In this document: one piece after another, positions 63,911-64,000 of the stretch
How positions within the stretch are numbered: the first letter of the stretch is position 1
Layout: each line of letters opens with the position of its first letter
Origin: Dendrobates tinctorius
Taxonomy: Eukaryota
Length of the DNA stretch: 64,000 bases
Reading direction: 5' to 3'
Assembly (NCBI RefSeq): GCF_039654945.1
Contig: NW_027361738.1
Span: 82,398,001-82,462,000, forward strand
Translations under genes and position numbers: made by a program
The notes under the pieces: model-generated
What the model was told of the DNA's origin: nothing
Seen by the model: only the letters and a program-made list of their open reading frames with translations
Databases searched by the model: none

Positions 63911-64000
63911 CAGATACACTTCTAAGTAGGAGGGAGGAGCTACAGGCGAAGCTCCTCCCTCCTGTCTATATAGAACCTTATCCGTAGCTGCTGCCGTCTC

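Overview
This is repeat-rich vertebrate DNA, almost certainly from a frog (anuran), judged from its KRAB-like/C2H2 'oocyte zinc finger' gene architecture and its TE families. The minus strand carries a tandem cluster of three paralogous spliced KRAB-like genes. Gene A (17576-13729) has two duplicated six-finger exons. Gene B (47285-43898) has one remodelled finger exon. Gene C (4695-3162) shows only its N-terminal exons. Transposons fill the space between them: a decayed DIRS retroelement; CR1, L2-like and RTE LINE fragments; three decayed Tc1 copies; an intact DD35E (Traveler-type) Tc1/mariner; many Harbinger-type and TTAA-type MITEs; five large minisatellites; and a full-length 7.2-kb hAT element with perfect TIRs and TSD. 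The most unusual observation is the 3' region of that hAT element. It carries a ~470-bp, strongly diverged 18S rRNA fragment antisense to the transposase, beside a long hairpin and a duplicated piece of its own transposase. All calls come from reading the sequence by eye; no searches were run.
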